Source of the DNA: Coriobacteriales bacterium
Lineage (GTDB): Bacteria; Actinomycetota; Coriobacteriia; Coriobacteriales; UBA8131
DNA: 43,128 bases
Assembly: GCA_031263105.1 (NCBI GenBank)
Contig: JAISGJ010000136.1
Location: 1 to 43,128, forward strand
Direction: 5' to 3'
Every line of letters starts with the position of its first letter. The stretch's first letter is position 1. The notes below the pieces were generated by a model. The model had not been told where the DNA came from. It did no database searches and saw only the letters and a list, made by a program, of their open reading frames with translations. The position numbers were made by a program, and so were the translations under genes. This document shows, in pieces, positions 15,941 through 28,222 of the stretch.

Positions 15941-15995
15941 CGGCCTTTCCACGCAAGGACCGGAAGCCCAGAAGCTCAGATAGGGAGTAGGTAAG

Positions 15996-16250
15996 ATGGC
16001 ACACAAGAAGGGTCTCGGCTCCTCAAGGAACGGACGTGACTCCAGGGCGAAGCGCCTGGGCGTCAAGATGTTCGCGGGCGAGCGGGTCTCGCCGGGCAAC
16101 ATCATCGTCCGCCAAAGAGGGACGCACATCCACCCCGGCGAGAACGTGGGGCGCGGCAGCGACGACACGCTCTTTGCACTCAAGGACGGCTACCTCGAGT
16201 TCACCAGGGGCGACAAGCGCAAGGTGCACGTTCGGCTGGAGCGGGCCTGA
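15996..16250 (+). CDS. rpmA: 50S ribosomal protein L27
   Basis: [24 protein letters not shown]... is the canonical L27 N-terminus. Confidence 0.95.
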   Translation: MAHKKGLGSSRNGRDSRAKRLGVKMFAGERVSPGNIIVRQRGTHIHPGENVGRGSDDTLFALKDGYLEFTRGDKRKVHVRLERA

Positions 16251-16309
16251 CGGCTCCTTTCACCGCAGAACCGAATGGGAGAGTGGCCCTCTGTCGTGCG
16301 GGAGCATGA

Positions 16310-18938
<2,629 letters not shown>

Positions 18939-19004
18939 CTATACTGTGCAGGTACTGTATGCGGATACCCACACACGGCACCGGGCGGAGGAGGAGGCGG
19001 CATC

Positions 19005-20273
19005 ATGAGCGAGGTCCTTGAGAAGGCGCAGCGGGCGCGTGCTGCGGCGCGTGTGCTCGCCGGATGCGACGCCGCGATGCGCAACCGGGCGCTTGCGGCC
19101 ATGGCCGACGCGCTCGAGGCGCACAGCGCCTACCTGCTTGCGGAGAACGCCCTGGACGTCGATGACGCACGTGCGAAGGGCACCGAGGAGCCGCTGATAG
19201 ACCGCCTGCTGCTCACCGAGCCCCGCATCGCCGACATCGCCGCCGCCCTGCGCGTGCTCGCGGCCCAGAGCGACCCCGTGGGGGTCGTCACCGAGGGCCG
19301 CACGCTCTACAACGGCATCCGCCTCCGGCGCGTCCGCGTCCCCTTGGGCGTGGTCGCCATGATCTACGAGGCGCGCCCGAACGTGACCGCCGACGCCGCA
19401 GGGCTCACGCTCAAGACCGCCAACGCCTGCCTGCTGCGCGGCGGCTCCCTGGCGCACCGCTCGAACCTCTCGCTTTCCTCCGTGCTCTGCGACGCGGGGA
19501 CGGAGGCGGGCCTCCCTGCGTTCTGGCTCCAGTCCATCGAGACCACCGACCGCTCGGCGACGACCGAGCTGATGGGCCTGCACGGCCTCATCGACGTCCT
19601 CATCCCCCGGGGCTCGGCCTCGCTCATCCGCACGACGGTCGAGAGCGCGAAGGTGCCGGTCATCGAGACGGGGGAGGGGAACTGCCACCTGTACGTCCAC
19701 GAGGCGGCCGACCCTGCGATCGTCGTCCCCATCGCCCTCAATGCCAAGACCCAGCGTCCGGGCGTCTGCAACGCCGTCGAGTCGATCCTCGTCGATGCGG
19801 CGGCGGCGGAGCGCTTCGTGCCGCCCTTGCTCGTCGCCCTCACCGCCGCCGGCGTGACCGTCCACGCAGACGCGCGCGCGCTTGCCTTGGCGCAGGGGCT
19901 CGGGGAGGCCGTCTCGGACAGGGTGGTCGCGGCGGTCGAGGAGGACTGGGGCACCGAGTACCTTGCGCTCGAGGTCTCGCTCGCATGCGTCGGCGGGCTC
20001 GACGAGGCCATAGCCCACATCAACGCCTACGGCACCCACCATTCGGACTCCATCCTGAGCCGCGACTACGGAGCGGTGTCGCGCTTCATTTCGGAGGTCG
20101 ATTCGGCGGCGGTGTATGCGAACGCATCGACGCGCTTCACCGACGGCGGCGAGTTCGGGCTCGGCGCCGAGATCGGCATCTCGACCCAGAAGCTCCATGC
20201 GCGCGGCCCCATGGGCCTTGAGGCCCTGACCTCGACGAAGTTCATACTGGAGGGGGACGGGCAGATACGTTGA
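19005..20273 (+). CDS. proA: glutamate-5-semialdehyde dehydrogenase
   Basis: 422 aa. It has the typical ProA motifs EGNCHLYV and GVCNAVESILV, and it follows proB. Confidence 0.95.
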   Translation: MSEVLEKAQRARAAARVLAGCDAAMRNRALAAMADALEAHSAYLLAENALDVDDARAKGTEEPLIDRLLLTEPRIADIAAALRVLAAQSDPVGVVTEGRTLYNGIRLRRVRVPLGVVAMIYEARPNVTADAAGLTLKTANACLLRGGSLAHRSNLSLSSVLCDAGTEAGLPAFWLQSIETTDRSATTELMGLHGLIDVLIPRGSASLIRTTVESAKVPVIETGEGNCHLYVHEAADPAIVVPIALNAKTQRPGVCNAVESILVDAAAAERFVPPLLVALTAAGVTVHADARALALAQGLGEAVSDRVVAAVEEDWGTEYLALEVSLACVGGLDEAIAHINAYGTHHSDSILSRDYGAVSRFISEVDSAAVYANASTRFTDGGEFGLGAEIGISTQKLHARGPMGLEALTSTKFILEGDGQIR

Positions 20274-20356
20274 GCCCCCAGAGCCCGCAGGCCTCACAGG
20301 CTCCGCAGTGTCACCGGGATTCCCAGGCCCCGCAAGGCCCCCAGGTGCCCCTCTCC

Positions 20357-20995
20357 ATGCGGTTCGACCCCTTGGTCGCGAGGGCAGAGCCTGACTTGCC
20401 CTTCCGTCTGGGCCTCTTCGGCGGCACCTTCGACCCCGTGCATAGAGGGCACCTGCACATCGCCGCCTGCGCGTGCGAGCAGTTTTCCTTGGACGGGGTC
20501 CTGTTCATGCCGGCAGGGCGCCCGGTCGGGAAGGCCGGGCCCGTCCGGGCGTCCGCGAAAGACCGCCTCGCCATGCTCCGGGCCGCAGTCGCAGGCGAGG
20601 CGCACTTCGACGTCAGCAGCCTGGAGCTCGAGCGGGAAGGCCCGACCTACACCGTGGACACCCTCCGCGCCGTCCGGGCGCGCTACGGGGCCCGTGTCAG
20701 GCTCTTCCTCATCGTCGGCCTGGACGTCGCCGCCGAGCTCGACACGTGGAGGGACGCCCCGGAGATTGCCGACGCGGTGACGGTTTTGAGCGCAAAACGT
20801 GCAATCACGGCAGACCTTGAGCGCCGTTTGCGGCATAATGGAAGGTGTTTCGATATACGGCCCATCGAATCCAAGCTCATCGACGTCTCGTCGAGCGGCC
20901 TGCGTGCGTCGGTGGGGCGGGGATGCAGCATACGGCACCTTGTGCCCGATGCCGTGCATGCGTACATCAGGGAGCAAGGCCTCTATCAGGGATAA
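20357..20995 (+). CDS. nadD: nicotinate-nucleotide adenylyltransferase
   Basis: GLFGGTFDPVHRGHL is the (H/T)xGH motif. Start placed at ATG 20357. An alternative TTG at 20270 would add a 29-aa (S/A/G)PQ repeat extension. Confidence 0.85.
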   Translation: MRFDPLVARAEPDLPFRLGLFGGTFDPVHRGHLHIAACACEQFSLDGVLFMPAGRPVGKAGPVRASAKDRLAMLRAAVAGEAHFDVSSLELEREGPTYTVDTLRAVRARYGARVRLFLIVGLDVAAELDTWRDAPEIADAVTVLSAKRAITADLERRLRHNGRCFDIRPIESKLIDVSSSGLRASVGRGCSIRHLVPDAVHAYIREQGLYQG

Positions 20996-21091
20996 GGAAG
21001 CGCAACGACCGCCAACGACGAGACATATGAGCGCGCACGCGTCGCGCTCGAAGGGCGCCTGACCGAGTACCGCCTGCTCCATTCCATCGGC

Positions 21092-21598
21092 GTGGCCGAG
21101 ACGGCGGCGTCCATGGCAGAGCAGTACGGCACGGACATCGAGCGTGCCCGCATCGCAGGGCTGCTGCACGACTGGGACAAGAGCCTCACCGATGCCCAGC
21201 TCATGGAGCGCGCCCGCGAGTTCGACATCAGGACGGTCGCCCGCCTTGAGGACATGGCGGCCCTGCTCCATGCCCAGACAGGCGCGGAGGCGGTCAGGCG
21301 GGAGTTCCCCGAGCTGGACGACGGGGTGATCCAGGCGATCGCCCGGCACACCTCGGCGGCCCCCGACATGACGGACCTCGATATGATCATCTATATCGCG
21401 GACATGATAGAGCCCCTGCGCTCGCAGGGAAACCTCACGCCGCTTCGGACGATAGTGGGAAAGGTGCCCTTGGAGACCCTGTTCCTCAAGTCCTTCGAGA
21501 TGACCATGGAGCACCTGATCCGTCGTCACCGCTTCATCCATCCCGCATCGCTGGAGGTCTGGAACGCGTATATCGCACGGGAACGGAACAGGGGCTAG
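21092..21598 (+). CDS. yqeK: HD-domain phosphohydrolase YqeK (5' end unresolved)
   Basis: LLHDWDK is the HD motif and the gene sits in nadD-yqeK-rsfS synteny. The first canonical in-frame start is GTG 21092. However, conserved N-terminal codons (ERARVALEGRLTEYRLLHSIGV) continue upstream to the nadD stop. Confidence 0.75.
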   Translation: MAETAASMAEQYGTDIERARIAGLLHDWDKSLTDAQLMERAREFDIRTVARLEDMAALLHAQTGAEAVRREFPELDDGVIQAIARHTSAAPDMTDLDMIIYIADMIEPLRSQGNLTPLRTIVGKVPLETLFLKSFEMTMEHLIRRHRFIHPASLEVWNAYIARERNRG

Positions 21599-21660
21599 GG
21601 AGTGCCGATTGATTGCCTGCGTGCCAGATGGCATACAGGCAGCACTCATCGTCTCCCTAG
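21595..21660. mobile_element. 66-bp short copy of the CTAG-flanked hairpin element
   Basis: ctagggagtgccgattgattgcctgcgtgccagat matches the first ~36 nt of 8769-8937 with 4 mismatches and 1 gap. It ends in tccctag. The left CTAG supplies the yqeK stop codon. Confidence 0.55.
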
Positions 21661-21730
21661 CTGTGGGGGCCGTAAGAGACAGGGCCGCTACAGGCCGAAG
21701 AGAGCATGACGACCAGGAACAGGAGCCTCT

Positions 21731-22180
21731 GTGACGGCAGGACAGGATTCAAGGGAACGGGCTTTGCTAGCGGCGCGTGCGGCATCCGAGAAGAAGGCGG
21801 AGGACATAGTCGTGCAGGAGATGCGCAGGCTGCTGCCCATCACGGACTACTTCGTGATTGCGACCGGCGCGAACAGGCGGCAGGTGGACGCCATCATCGA
21901 GGCGATAGAGGATGCGCTCCGTGTCGAGGCAGGGGTCAAGCCCCAAGGGCGTGAGGGCCTCGACGACCTCACGTGGGCGCTGCTCGACTACGGCGACGTC
22001 GTGGTGCACGTCTTCCAGCCTGAGCTGCGCGAGTTCTACCGCCTCGAGTCCCTGTGGAGCGACGCTCCCTTTGTCGGGCTCTCCGAGACAGGCATCGCCG
22101 ACCTCTGCTACTCCGAGCGCATAGAAAAGCTCCTCAGCCGCCCCGCTATGCCTGCCGCGCCCGTCAGGGAAGGCGCATAG
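21731..22180 (+). CDS. rsfS: ribosome silencing factor RsfS
   Basis: GTG start 5 nt after AGGAG. DYFVIATGANRRQVDAI and LDYGDVVVHVF are typical iojap/RsfS motifs. Confidence 0.9.
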   Translation: MTAGQDSRERALLAARAASEKKAEDIVVQEMRRLLPITDYFVIATGANRRQVDAIIEAIEDALRVEAGVKPQGREGLDDLTWALLDYGDVVVHVFQPELREFYRLESLWSDAPFVGLSETGIADLCYSERIEKLLSRPAMPAAPVREGA

Positions 22181-22184
22181 GCGC

Positions 22185-23552
22185 TCAGTCGTCCCCTCCC
22201 CGTGAGGCAGGGTCGAGCGGGTCGCGGTAGTCGTCCTTCTTCTGGGCGATGGTCCCGGTGTCGCGCTCGCGGAAGCGCAGCTCGCGGCCGTAGCCGACCG
22301 CAGCCTCCCCGAAGCGGTCCTTGACCCTGTCCGTCGCCTCGACGAGCGCCCTGTGCCCCTTTCCGCGCCTGGTGCCGGCCTGTCCGCGCGTGCGGCCGGA
22401 TGTCGGGCCGTCGCGCCCCTTGCCGGGCGGAAGGGCCGCCCCTTGGCCGCCGAAGATGTCGAGCTGTTCGACGCGCCTGCTGAAGGAGGACACGGAGACG
22501 CCGACGAGGCGCAGATGGATTCCCGGCTGCCACAGCTGGTCGATGAGGCCGAGCAGGACGGGGGCGAACTCGCTCTCGTCATCGACGGGGGCGTCGAGCG
22601 TCTTTTGCGCATGCGCCGTTCCCAGGTCCGCATAGCGCACCTTGAGCCCCACCGTGTAGCCTGCGACCTCCTTGTGGCGCAGCCTGCGTGCGACCTTCGC
22701 TGCGAGCATGGAGACGGACTGCTCTATCTCTATGCGCTCGGTCAGGTCGCTGGAGAAGGTCATCTCGTTCGAGACCGACTTGACCTCCTCGTCGGTCACC
22801 ACAGGCGAGTCGTTGACGCCGAGGCAGCGGTTGCGCATCATGGCCGCGTTCTTGCCGAAGACCTGGTTGAGGATATGCTCGTCGGCAGACGCTATCTCGC
22901 CCAAGGTATAGATGCCGAGCCCGTTGAGGCGTTTTTCCGCCTGCCGCCCGACCCCGGACATCGCCCGTACCGGCAGCGGAGCCAGGAAGTCGGCCTCGCG
23001 CCCCGGGAAGACGACGGTCAGGCCGTTCGGCTTGTCCCTGTCCGAGGCGACCTTCGCCACGCTTTTTGAGACCCCCAGCCCTATGGAGCAGGTGATTCCC
23101 AGCTGGGCGACCCGCTCCCGTATGCGGTTGGCGAGCACCACGGGGTGCTCGCCCACGAACCTCCCCGGTGAGATGTCGAGGAAGGCCTCGTCTATCGACA
23201 CCTGCTGGAGGCGGGGGGAGACGTCCTGCATGATCCGCATGACCTTCTGGGACAGGGAGATGTAGCGGGGGAAGTTGCCCGGCGTCCAGATGGCGTCCGG
23301 GCACAGGCGCGCCGCCCGGACGGAGGGCATGGCCGAGCGCACGCCGAAGGCCCGCGCCTCGTAGGAGCAGGTGGAGACGACGCCGCGCCGCTCCCGGTCC
23401 CCTCCGACGATGACCGGCTTCCCGCGCCACTCGGGATGGTCGAGCTGCTCGACGGAGGCGAAGAAGGCATCGAGGTCCAGCAACAGGATGGCAGGCCCGT
23501 CCCAAGGGAGGATCCCCTCGATGCCCGCATAGTCTGTCCCGTCCGTCTGCAT
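22185..23552 (-). CDS. dinB: DNA polymerase IV (Y-family) with Arg/Gly-rich C-terminal extension
   Basis: LLLDLDAFFASVEQ, VIVGG and SIDEAFLDIS are catalytic motifs. Confidence 0.9.
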   Translation of the reverse strand: MQTDGTDYAGIEGILPWDGPAILLLDLDAFFASVEQLDHPEWRGKPVIVGGDRERRGVVSTCSYEARAFGVRSAMPSVRAARLCPDAIWTPGNFPRYISLSQKVMRIMQDVSPRLQQVSIDEAFLDISPGRFVGEHPVVLANRIRERVAQLGITCSIGLGVSKSVAKVASDRDKPNGLTVVFPGREADFLAPLPVRAMSGVGRQAEKRLNGLGIYTLGEIASADEHILNQVFGKNAAMMRNRCLGVNDSPVVTDEEVKSVSNEMTFSSDLTERIEIEQSVSMLAAKVARRLRHKEVAGYTVGLKVRYADLGTAHAQKTLDAPVDDESEFAPVLLGLIDQLWQPGIHLRLVGVSVSSFSRRVEQLDIFGGQGAALPPGKGRDGPTSGRTRGQAGTRRGKGHRALVEATDRVKDRFGEAAVGYGRELRFRERDTGTIAQKKDDYRDPLDPASRGGDD

Positions 23553-23628
23553 GGCCCCATTCTACCACACTGCGAACATCTGTTCGGCAAAAGGGCGCCA
23601 AAGGGCAAAGCCAAAGGGCAACCGTCGC

Positions 23629-24537
23629 CTACGCGAGGTCCACCCCGAGGAGGGCCTTGGCTGCGAGGCCGATGACGAAGGAGACCGCCGCCACGCCGAG
23701 GCTGATGGCGGCCATATGGCCGAAGCGGCTCCAGAAGGGAAGGCGCTGCGCGACGGACAGGTAGAAGTTGAACGCGAAGATGACGACGATGCAGGAGACG
23801 ATCATGATGGCGAAGGCGAGCAGGTACAGGTGCTCGTCGAGCACGAGGTAGGGGAGGACCAGGACGACGACCGTTATGAGGTAGGCGACCCCTGTGTAGA
23901 GCGCCGCCTTGAGGGGGTGCGGGTTGTGGTCGGCCTTCTCCGCAAGGTAGTTCGAGGCGCCCATGGAGAGCGTGGCTGCGATGCCGGTGATGATCGCCGC
24001 CAGTGCGACCACGCGCGTGTTCATGAGGGCGAAGGTCAGCCCCGCTATGGTCCCCGTCAGCTCGACCAGCGCGTCGTTGAGGCCGAGCACGATGGCGCCG
24101 ACGTACTGGAGGCGCTCCTCGTCCAGCATCTCGACGAGCTTCTCCTCGTGCTCCTGCTCGTGGGCGATGATGAGCTCGATCTCGGGGACGGCCGCATCGA
24201 GCCTGGCATAGGCCTCGGCGGTGCGGTCCTCGCCGCGCTCCATGATGCGCAGCACGAAGGTGTAGCCGAGCAGGAGCATGAGCACGGTGAGGACGGCGGC
24301 CTTCAGCCGGTTCGCGGGTATCTCGACACCGGTGTACTTCTTCCAGACCTCGTAGTGCTCGCGTTCCTCCTGGGCTATCTGCTCGAGGACGCGGCGATGG
24401 GAGTCGTGCCTCTCGGTGCGCGCCATGCGCAGGTAGACGACGCTGTCGGTCGCCTCGGCCTTCTGGAAGGCGAGCAGGGTCCTTCGTGTGGCGGGATCCA
24501 GGTCAGGCTTCGCGACAGGGCTCACGACAGGCTCCAC
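23629..24537 (-). CDS. VIT1/CCC1-family iron/manganese transporter with N-terminal ferritin-like domain
   Basis: The N-terminus has EEREHY and HEQEHEEKL diiron-like helices. The C-terminus has TM helices with GLNDALVE and a GASNYLAE-type motif. Confidence 0.75.
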   Translation of the reverse strand: MEPVVSPVAKPDLDPATRRTLLAFQKAEATDSVVYLRMARTERHDSHRRVLEQIAQEEREHYEVWKKYTGVEIPANRLKAAVLTVLMLLLGYTFVLRIMERGEDRTAEAYARLDAAVPEIELIIAHEQEHEEKLVEMLDEERLQYVGAIVLGLNDALVELTGTIAGLTFALMNTRVVALAAIITGIAATLSMGASNYLAEKADHNPHPLKAALYTGVAYLITVVVLVLPYLVLDEHLYLLAFAIMIVSCIVVIFAFNFYLSVAQRLPFWSRFGHMAAISLGVAAVSFVIGLAAKALLGVDLA

Positions 24538-24541
24538 GGCC

Positions 24542-26608
24542 CTATTTGCTTGCTTCCTCGCGGCGGGCTTGGTACTCGGCGACGAGCTTCTTGGAGATGT
24601 CGCCGGGAACCTCCTCGTAGCCCTCGACCTCGATGCTGTACGACCCGATGCCGCGCGTCATGGAGCGCAGGTCCCGTGCGTAGGTGACGACCTCCTTGTA
24701 GGGCACGCGGGCCTTGACGACCGTGCGGCCGTTCTCGTCGGTCGCCATGCCGGCGACGCGGCCGCGCCTCGTCGAGAAGTCGCCCATGATGGTCCCGGCG
24801 TACTCGTCGGTGACGCTGACCTCGAGGTTCGCCATCGGTTCGAGGAGGTAGGGGTCCGCCTTCTCGCAGGCGTTGCGGAAGGCGAGGCGCGCGGCCTGCC
24901 TGAACGCCATCTCGTTCGAGTCGACCGAATGGTACGAGCCGTCGTAGACGGCGGCCTTCACGTCGACGAAGGGGTCGTCGGTGAGAAACCCCTCCACCAT
25001 GGCGTCGCGCAGGCCCTTGTCGACCGCAGGGATGAGTCCCCGGGGGATGCGCCCTCCGACGACCTCGTCGAGGAACTCGTAGCCGCCCCCAGGGTTCGGC
25101 TCAAGCCGCACCCAGCAGTCGCCGAACTGCCCTGCGCCGCCCGTCTGCTTCTTGTGGCGGCCCTGCGCCTCCGCCTTCTTTCGGATGGTCTCGCGGTAGG
25201 GCACCTTCACCTCGAGCAGCCTCGCCTCGATGCCGTTGCGCTCCCTCATGCGGGACAGGATGAGGTCCACCGCGCCCTCGCCGAGGGTCGTCAGTATCGT
25301 CTGGTGGGTCTGGTCTTCGCGGTGCAGCGTGACGCAGGGGTCGGTCTCGGCGTACTTTGCCAAGAAGTCCCCGAGCTTGTCCTCGTCCTTCGGGTTCGCC
25401 GCCTCGATGGCGACCGGGTACAGGGGCTTGGGGAAGGGCAGCGGCGCTATCTCGACCGCCCCCGAGGCAGAGAGCGTGTCGCCCGTGCGCGCGTCGAGCT
25501 TGGGGATGACGACGATGTCGCCGGCCCTGGCCGACTTCACCTCCGTGGTCTCCTTGCCGCACATCACGTAGAGGTGCGCGATGCGGTCCTTCTTCTTCGT
25601 CCTGGCGTTGTGCATCTCCGTGCCGGGCGCCAACACGCCGCTTACGACCTTCACGAAGCTCAGGCGGCCGACGAAGGCGTCCGCGAGGGTCTTGAACACG
25701 AAGCAGGCAGGCTCGCCGGACTCGTCAATGTGCACCTCGCCGCCGTCGGTCGTGGGGATGGGCCCGTGCGCGTCGGGCGCGGGGAAGTAGGTCACGATGT
25801 CGTCCAGGATGCCCTCGATGCCCTGTTCCACGAGGGTCGAGCCGACGAACACCGGTATGAATATCTCTTGGGCGATGGCCTTGGCGAGCAGGCTCTCCAG
25901 CTCCTCCTGCGTCAGCTGCTCCTCGCCGTCGAGGTACTTCATCATCAGGTCGTCGTCGGCCTCGGCGACGAGGTCGCAGAGCTTGTCGCGGGCACCGGAG
26001 GCCGCGTCGGCGTACTCTGCGGGGATGTCGTCGACGCGCTCCTTGCCGTCCTCGTGGTAGCGGGCCCTCATGCGGATGACGTCGATGACGCCCTTGAAGT
26101 CGGCATCGACCCCGATGGGGATGGTCACCGCGCCGATACGCTGGCCGTACTGCGCGACAAGGGCCTTGATGGCCGTGTCGTAGTCGGCGTGCTCACGGTC
26201 GATATGGTTGATGAAGACGGCACGGCACAGGCGCTCGCGTTCGGCCTCCTGCCAGAGCTTGGTGGTGTTGACCTGTGGCCCGGCGACCGCATCGACGACG
26301 AAGAGCGCCATCTCGGCGGCCTCCATGGCGGCGATGGTGTCGCCGAGGAAGTCGTCTGAGCCCGAGGTGTCGAGCACGTTTATCTTGAACTCTTTGTAGG
26401 GGATGGGTGCCATGGAGGTCGAGATCGTGAACTGGCGCTTGACCTCCTCGGGGTCGTAGTCGAGGTTGGACTTGCCGTCGTGCGTCGTCCCCAGACGCGA
26501 GGTCTTCCCGCACAGATGGAGCATGGCCTCCGCAAAGGAGGTCTTGCCTGCCCCATCCTGGCCTACAAGGACGATGTTACGGACCTGCTCGGTGCTCGGA
26601 GATGCCAA
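24542..26608 (-). CDS. elongation factor G-family GTPase paralog with non-canonical G motifs
   Basis: 688 aa with EF-G domain order. G1 is GQDGAGKTS, G3 is DTSGSDDF (canonical is DTPGHVDF) and G4 is NHID (canonical is NKxD). Confidence 0.85.
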   Translation of the reverse strand: MASPSTEQVRNIVLVGQDGAGKTSFAEAMLHLCGKTSRLGTTHDGKSNLDYDPEEVKRQFTISTSMAPIPYKEFKINVLDTSGSDDFLGDTIAAMEAAEMALFVVDAVAGPQVNTTKLWQEAERERLCRAVFINHIDREHADYDTAIKALVAQYGQRIGAVTIPIGVDADFKGVIDVIRMRARYHEDGKERVDDIPAEYADAASGARDKLCDLVAEADDDLMMKYLDGEEQLTQEELESLLAKAIAQEIFIPVFVGSTLVEQGIEGILDDIVTYFPAPDAHGPIPTTDGGEVHIDESGEPACFVFKTLADAFVGRLSFVKVVSGVLAPGTEMHNARTKKKDRIAHLYVMCGKETTEVKSARAGDIVVIPKLDARTGDTLSASGAVEIAPLPFPKPLYPVAIEAANPKDEDKLGDFLAKYAETDPCVTLHREDQTHQTILTTLGEGAVDLILSRMRERNGIEARLLEVKVPYRETIRKKAEAQGRHKKQTGGAGQFGDCWVRLEPNPGGGYEFLDEVVGGRIPRGLIPAVDKGLRDAMVEGFLTDDPFVDVKAAVYDGSYHSVDSNEMAFRQAARLAFRNACEKADPYLLEPMANLEVSVTDEYAGTIMGDFSTRRGRVAGMATDENGRTVVKARVPYKEVVTYARDLRSMTRGIGSYSIEVEGYEEVPGDISKKLVAEYQARREEASK

Positions 26609-26692
26609 CTCAACCGCCTCCTCATGACAGGGCGTCTGCCGCCCTCTCGGCTACAGGGTCTTCATGCGAAAACACACGGGTACCACTATAAC

Positions 26693-26728
26693 AAAAAAGC
26701 CCGCATGGCAATCCGTGCAGGCATGGGC
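26693..26728 (-). terminator. candidate rho-independent terminator downstream of the 26862-28049 gene
   Basis: The minus strand reads GCCCATGCCTGCACGGATTGCCATGCGGGC followed by TTTTTT. The stem is GCCC/GGGC plus ATG/CAT with a 2-nt bulge. Confidence 0.45.
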
Positions 26729-26861
26729 GAGAACTGTCCGCGAGAACTGTCCTTTATAGTGGCGAGGTGTTCGGGTGGAGGCAGGGACAGGGGGAGGCAG
26801 GATGGGACCTGACTCCCCCTGTATGCTCCGAACGGGCGCAGGGAAGCCTGCGTGGGAGGGA

Positions 26862-28049
26862 TTAGCGTATCCTTCCGCTGCCCTTGGTCGTGCTCCATGG
26901 GCTGCAGTAGTTCACACGCGACACCGTCTTTACGCTCCGTACCTGGACCTGATAGGCCTTGCCCTTGGCCAGGCCCTTGATGGTGGCGGACGAGGCGGAT
27001 GCGGAATAGGTCTTGGTCTTCCATGCCACGGCGCCCTGCATGCGGTACCGCACCTGGTACTTGGTGACCTTCTGCGCCGCAGGCACCTTCTTCCATGTCA
27101 CCTTCATCTGCCTTGCGCCCGGGGCGATCTTGGAGAGGGAGTTCTTCGTGGGCACGATGTTGAAGTTGACCGTTTTGTTGTCGGTGTACGCCCCCTTGCC
27201 GGTGACGACGATCGTCCCCTTGCCGATGTTTTTGTTCGAGCCGTACCTGAGCGTGTAGTCCGTGCCGTTTTTCAGCGTCTTGCCGTTCACCTTGACCGTG
27301 ACCGCAGGCTTGACCTGCCTGCCCGTGAACGCCTTGTCGGCTACCTTTGCCACGCTGGCAGCGCCTATGCTCTGCAGGACGGTCACGCTGCACTGGGCGC
27401 TTATCCCGTTGCCTGTGGTTGCCGAGACCACGGCAGTTCCGCTTTTCAGGGCGGTCACCTTGCCGGCGGAGTCCACCTTGGCCACAGTGGGCGCGCTGGA
27501 CTTCCACGTGAGTGCCTTGTCGGTCGCGTCGGTCGGGGAGACCGTCGCCGTAAGCGCCGCAGTGCCGCCGACCTTCAAGGTGGTCGAGGTCCTGTTCAAG
27601 GTGATGCCGGTGGCGGGAACGTCCAGCGTGCCGGCCCGCACCACGACTTCGCCCTTGAGGTCTACCACTGGACTGCTCTGGCCGGAAGCCGAGACGAGGA
27701 GGCACAGGCTGTACGTGCCGGGCGCGACGTTCTTGGCATCCGTGTACGCTGTCCCAGAGTAGGTGGAGACGTATGTCAGCCGCACGGTCGTAGCGCTGTT
27801 TCGCTCCGCCAGGACCTTGAGCGCGAAAGCCCTGAGTGCATTTGGATTGAACCTGTCGCTGAGGGTGAAGGGCACCAAAATGATCTGAACCACTTTTGTA
27901 TTTGAGGAATACTTGGTCTCCCATCCGCTGGAAGCGGGGTACCACTCGCTGCCCGTCTGTCGGTCGGCGGCAAACGCGGCGGCCGGCACCAGCGTCACCG
28001 ACAACAGGATCGCTATCACCAGCGAGCCGATCCTCTTTCTCATGTTCAT
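26862..28049 (-). CDS. secreted protein with Big_2 and fibronectin-III-like domains
   Basis: The signal peptide is MNMRKRIGSLVIAILLSVTLVPAAAFA. A Big_2-like segment is ITLNRTSTTLKVGGTAALTATVSPTDATDKALTWKSS. The C-terminal segment VTWKKVPAAQKVTKYQVRYR is FN3-like. Confidence 0.7.
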   Translation of the reverse strand: MNMRKRIGSLVIAILLSVTLVPAAAFAADRQTGSEWYPASSGWETKYSSNTKVVQIILVPFTLSDRFNPNALRAFALKVLAERNSATTVRLTYVSTYSGTAYTDAKNVAPGTYSLCLLVSASGQSSPVVDLKGEVVVRAGTLDVPATGITLNRTSTTLKVGGTAALTATVSPTDATDKALTWKSSAPTVAKVDSAGKVTALKSGTAVVSATTGNGISAQCSVTVLQSIGAASVAKVADKAFTGRQVKPAVTVKVNGKTLKNGTDYTLRYGSNKNIGKGTIVVTGKGAYTDNKTVNFNIVPTKNSLSKIAPGARQMKVTWKKVPAAQKVTKYQVRYRMQGAVAWKTKTYSASASSATIKGLAKGKAYQVQVRSVKTVSRVNYCSPWSTTKGSGRIR

Positions 28050-28222
28050 GGTTGCTCCTCCTTGAGCCGATTGAGGGGCACGAGGTCGCCCCGACGTCCT
28101 CTGAAATGCCCAATTGACCTACTTATCCTTATGTATAGTATCATAGATTCTCGAAAATAGCAGTCAATTTGAGCAGATTGCACAGATTACACGGTCAGCG
28201 ATTACACGGTCACGGTCACAAA

